Assembly (NCBI RefSeq): GCF_963576615.1
Contig: NC_088717.1
Span: 57,890,749 to 57,954,748, forward strand
From: Watersipora subatra
Taxonomy: Eukaryota
Direction: 5' to 3'
Length of the DNA stretch: 64,000 bases
Shown here: positions 63,961 to 64,000 of the stretch, one piece after another
Position numbering within the stretch: position 1 is the stretch's first letter
Layout: every line of letters begins with the position of its first letter
The notes under the pieces: generated by a model
Told to the model about the DNA's origin: nothing
Database searches by the model: none
The model's input: only the letters and a program-made list of their open reading frames with translations
Translations under genes and position numbers: made by a program

Positions 63961-64000
63961 AGTGGAGCGAATGTTTGAGTTTTTATGATAAATGCATGTG

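Overview
This is AT-rich eukaryotic genomic DNA, almost certainly from an invertebrate metazoan. Genes are split into small exons with GT-AG introns, some only about 70 bp long, and the window is dense with micro- and minisatellites. There are no prokaryotic operons, rRNA genes or CRISPR arrays, and no clean tRNA gene; there is one degenerate tRNA-like pseudogene. All calls below rest on hand translation and motif memory, not database searches.

I recognise these host genes:
- An intronless TM2D3 (almondex) ortholog on the minus strand (13476-14210).
- A multi-exon WRAP53/TCAB1 (telomerase Cajal-body protein 1) ortholog on the plus strand (about 23.8-30.9 kb).
- A SCHIP1/FAM89-like coiled-coil gene on the plus strand (10.5-12.7 kb).
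- A candidate CRTC-like gene on the plus strand (3.6-7.3 kb).
- A small four-transmembrane-helix (4-TM) membrane-protein gene on the plus strand (53.9-56.6 kb).
- An uncharacterised minus-strand gene whose small intron carries a transposon.

The mobile-element load is heavy:
- A 4.37 kb piggyBac-family element (18296-22665) with TTAA target-site duplications (TSD) and about 230 bp imperfect terminal inverted repeats (TIRs). Its transposase is split into two exons and carries a single in-frame stop. The element sits 3 bp upstream of a splice acceptor.
- A 2.9 kb unclassified TIR DNA transposon (31310-34230) with 30 bp TIRs and an apparent 4-bp TATT TSD. It interrupts a 35-bp minisatellite and encodes a roughly 600-aa putative DDE transposase with one intron.
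- A 5'-truncated, frameshifted CR1/L2-like LINE (59339-61727, minus strand), plus two further reverse-transcriptase fragments near 15.3-17.0 kb that lie on opposite strands.
- A foldback/MITE-like element inside WRAP53 intron 1, with a third arm copy near 62.9 kb.
- A SINE/MITE-like repeat present twice, each copy abutting TA-rich microsatellites.

The last 2 kb of the window (62.1-64.0 kb) is a compositionally distinct GC/CpG-rich island that I could not identify.
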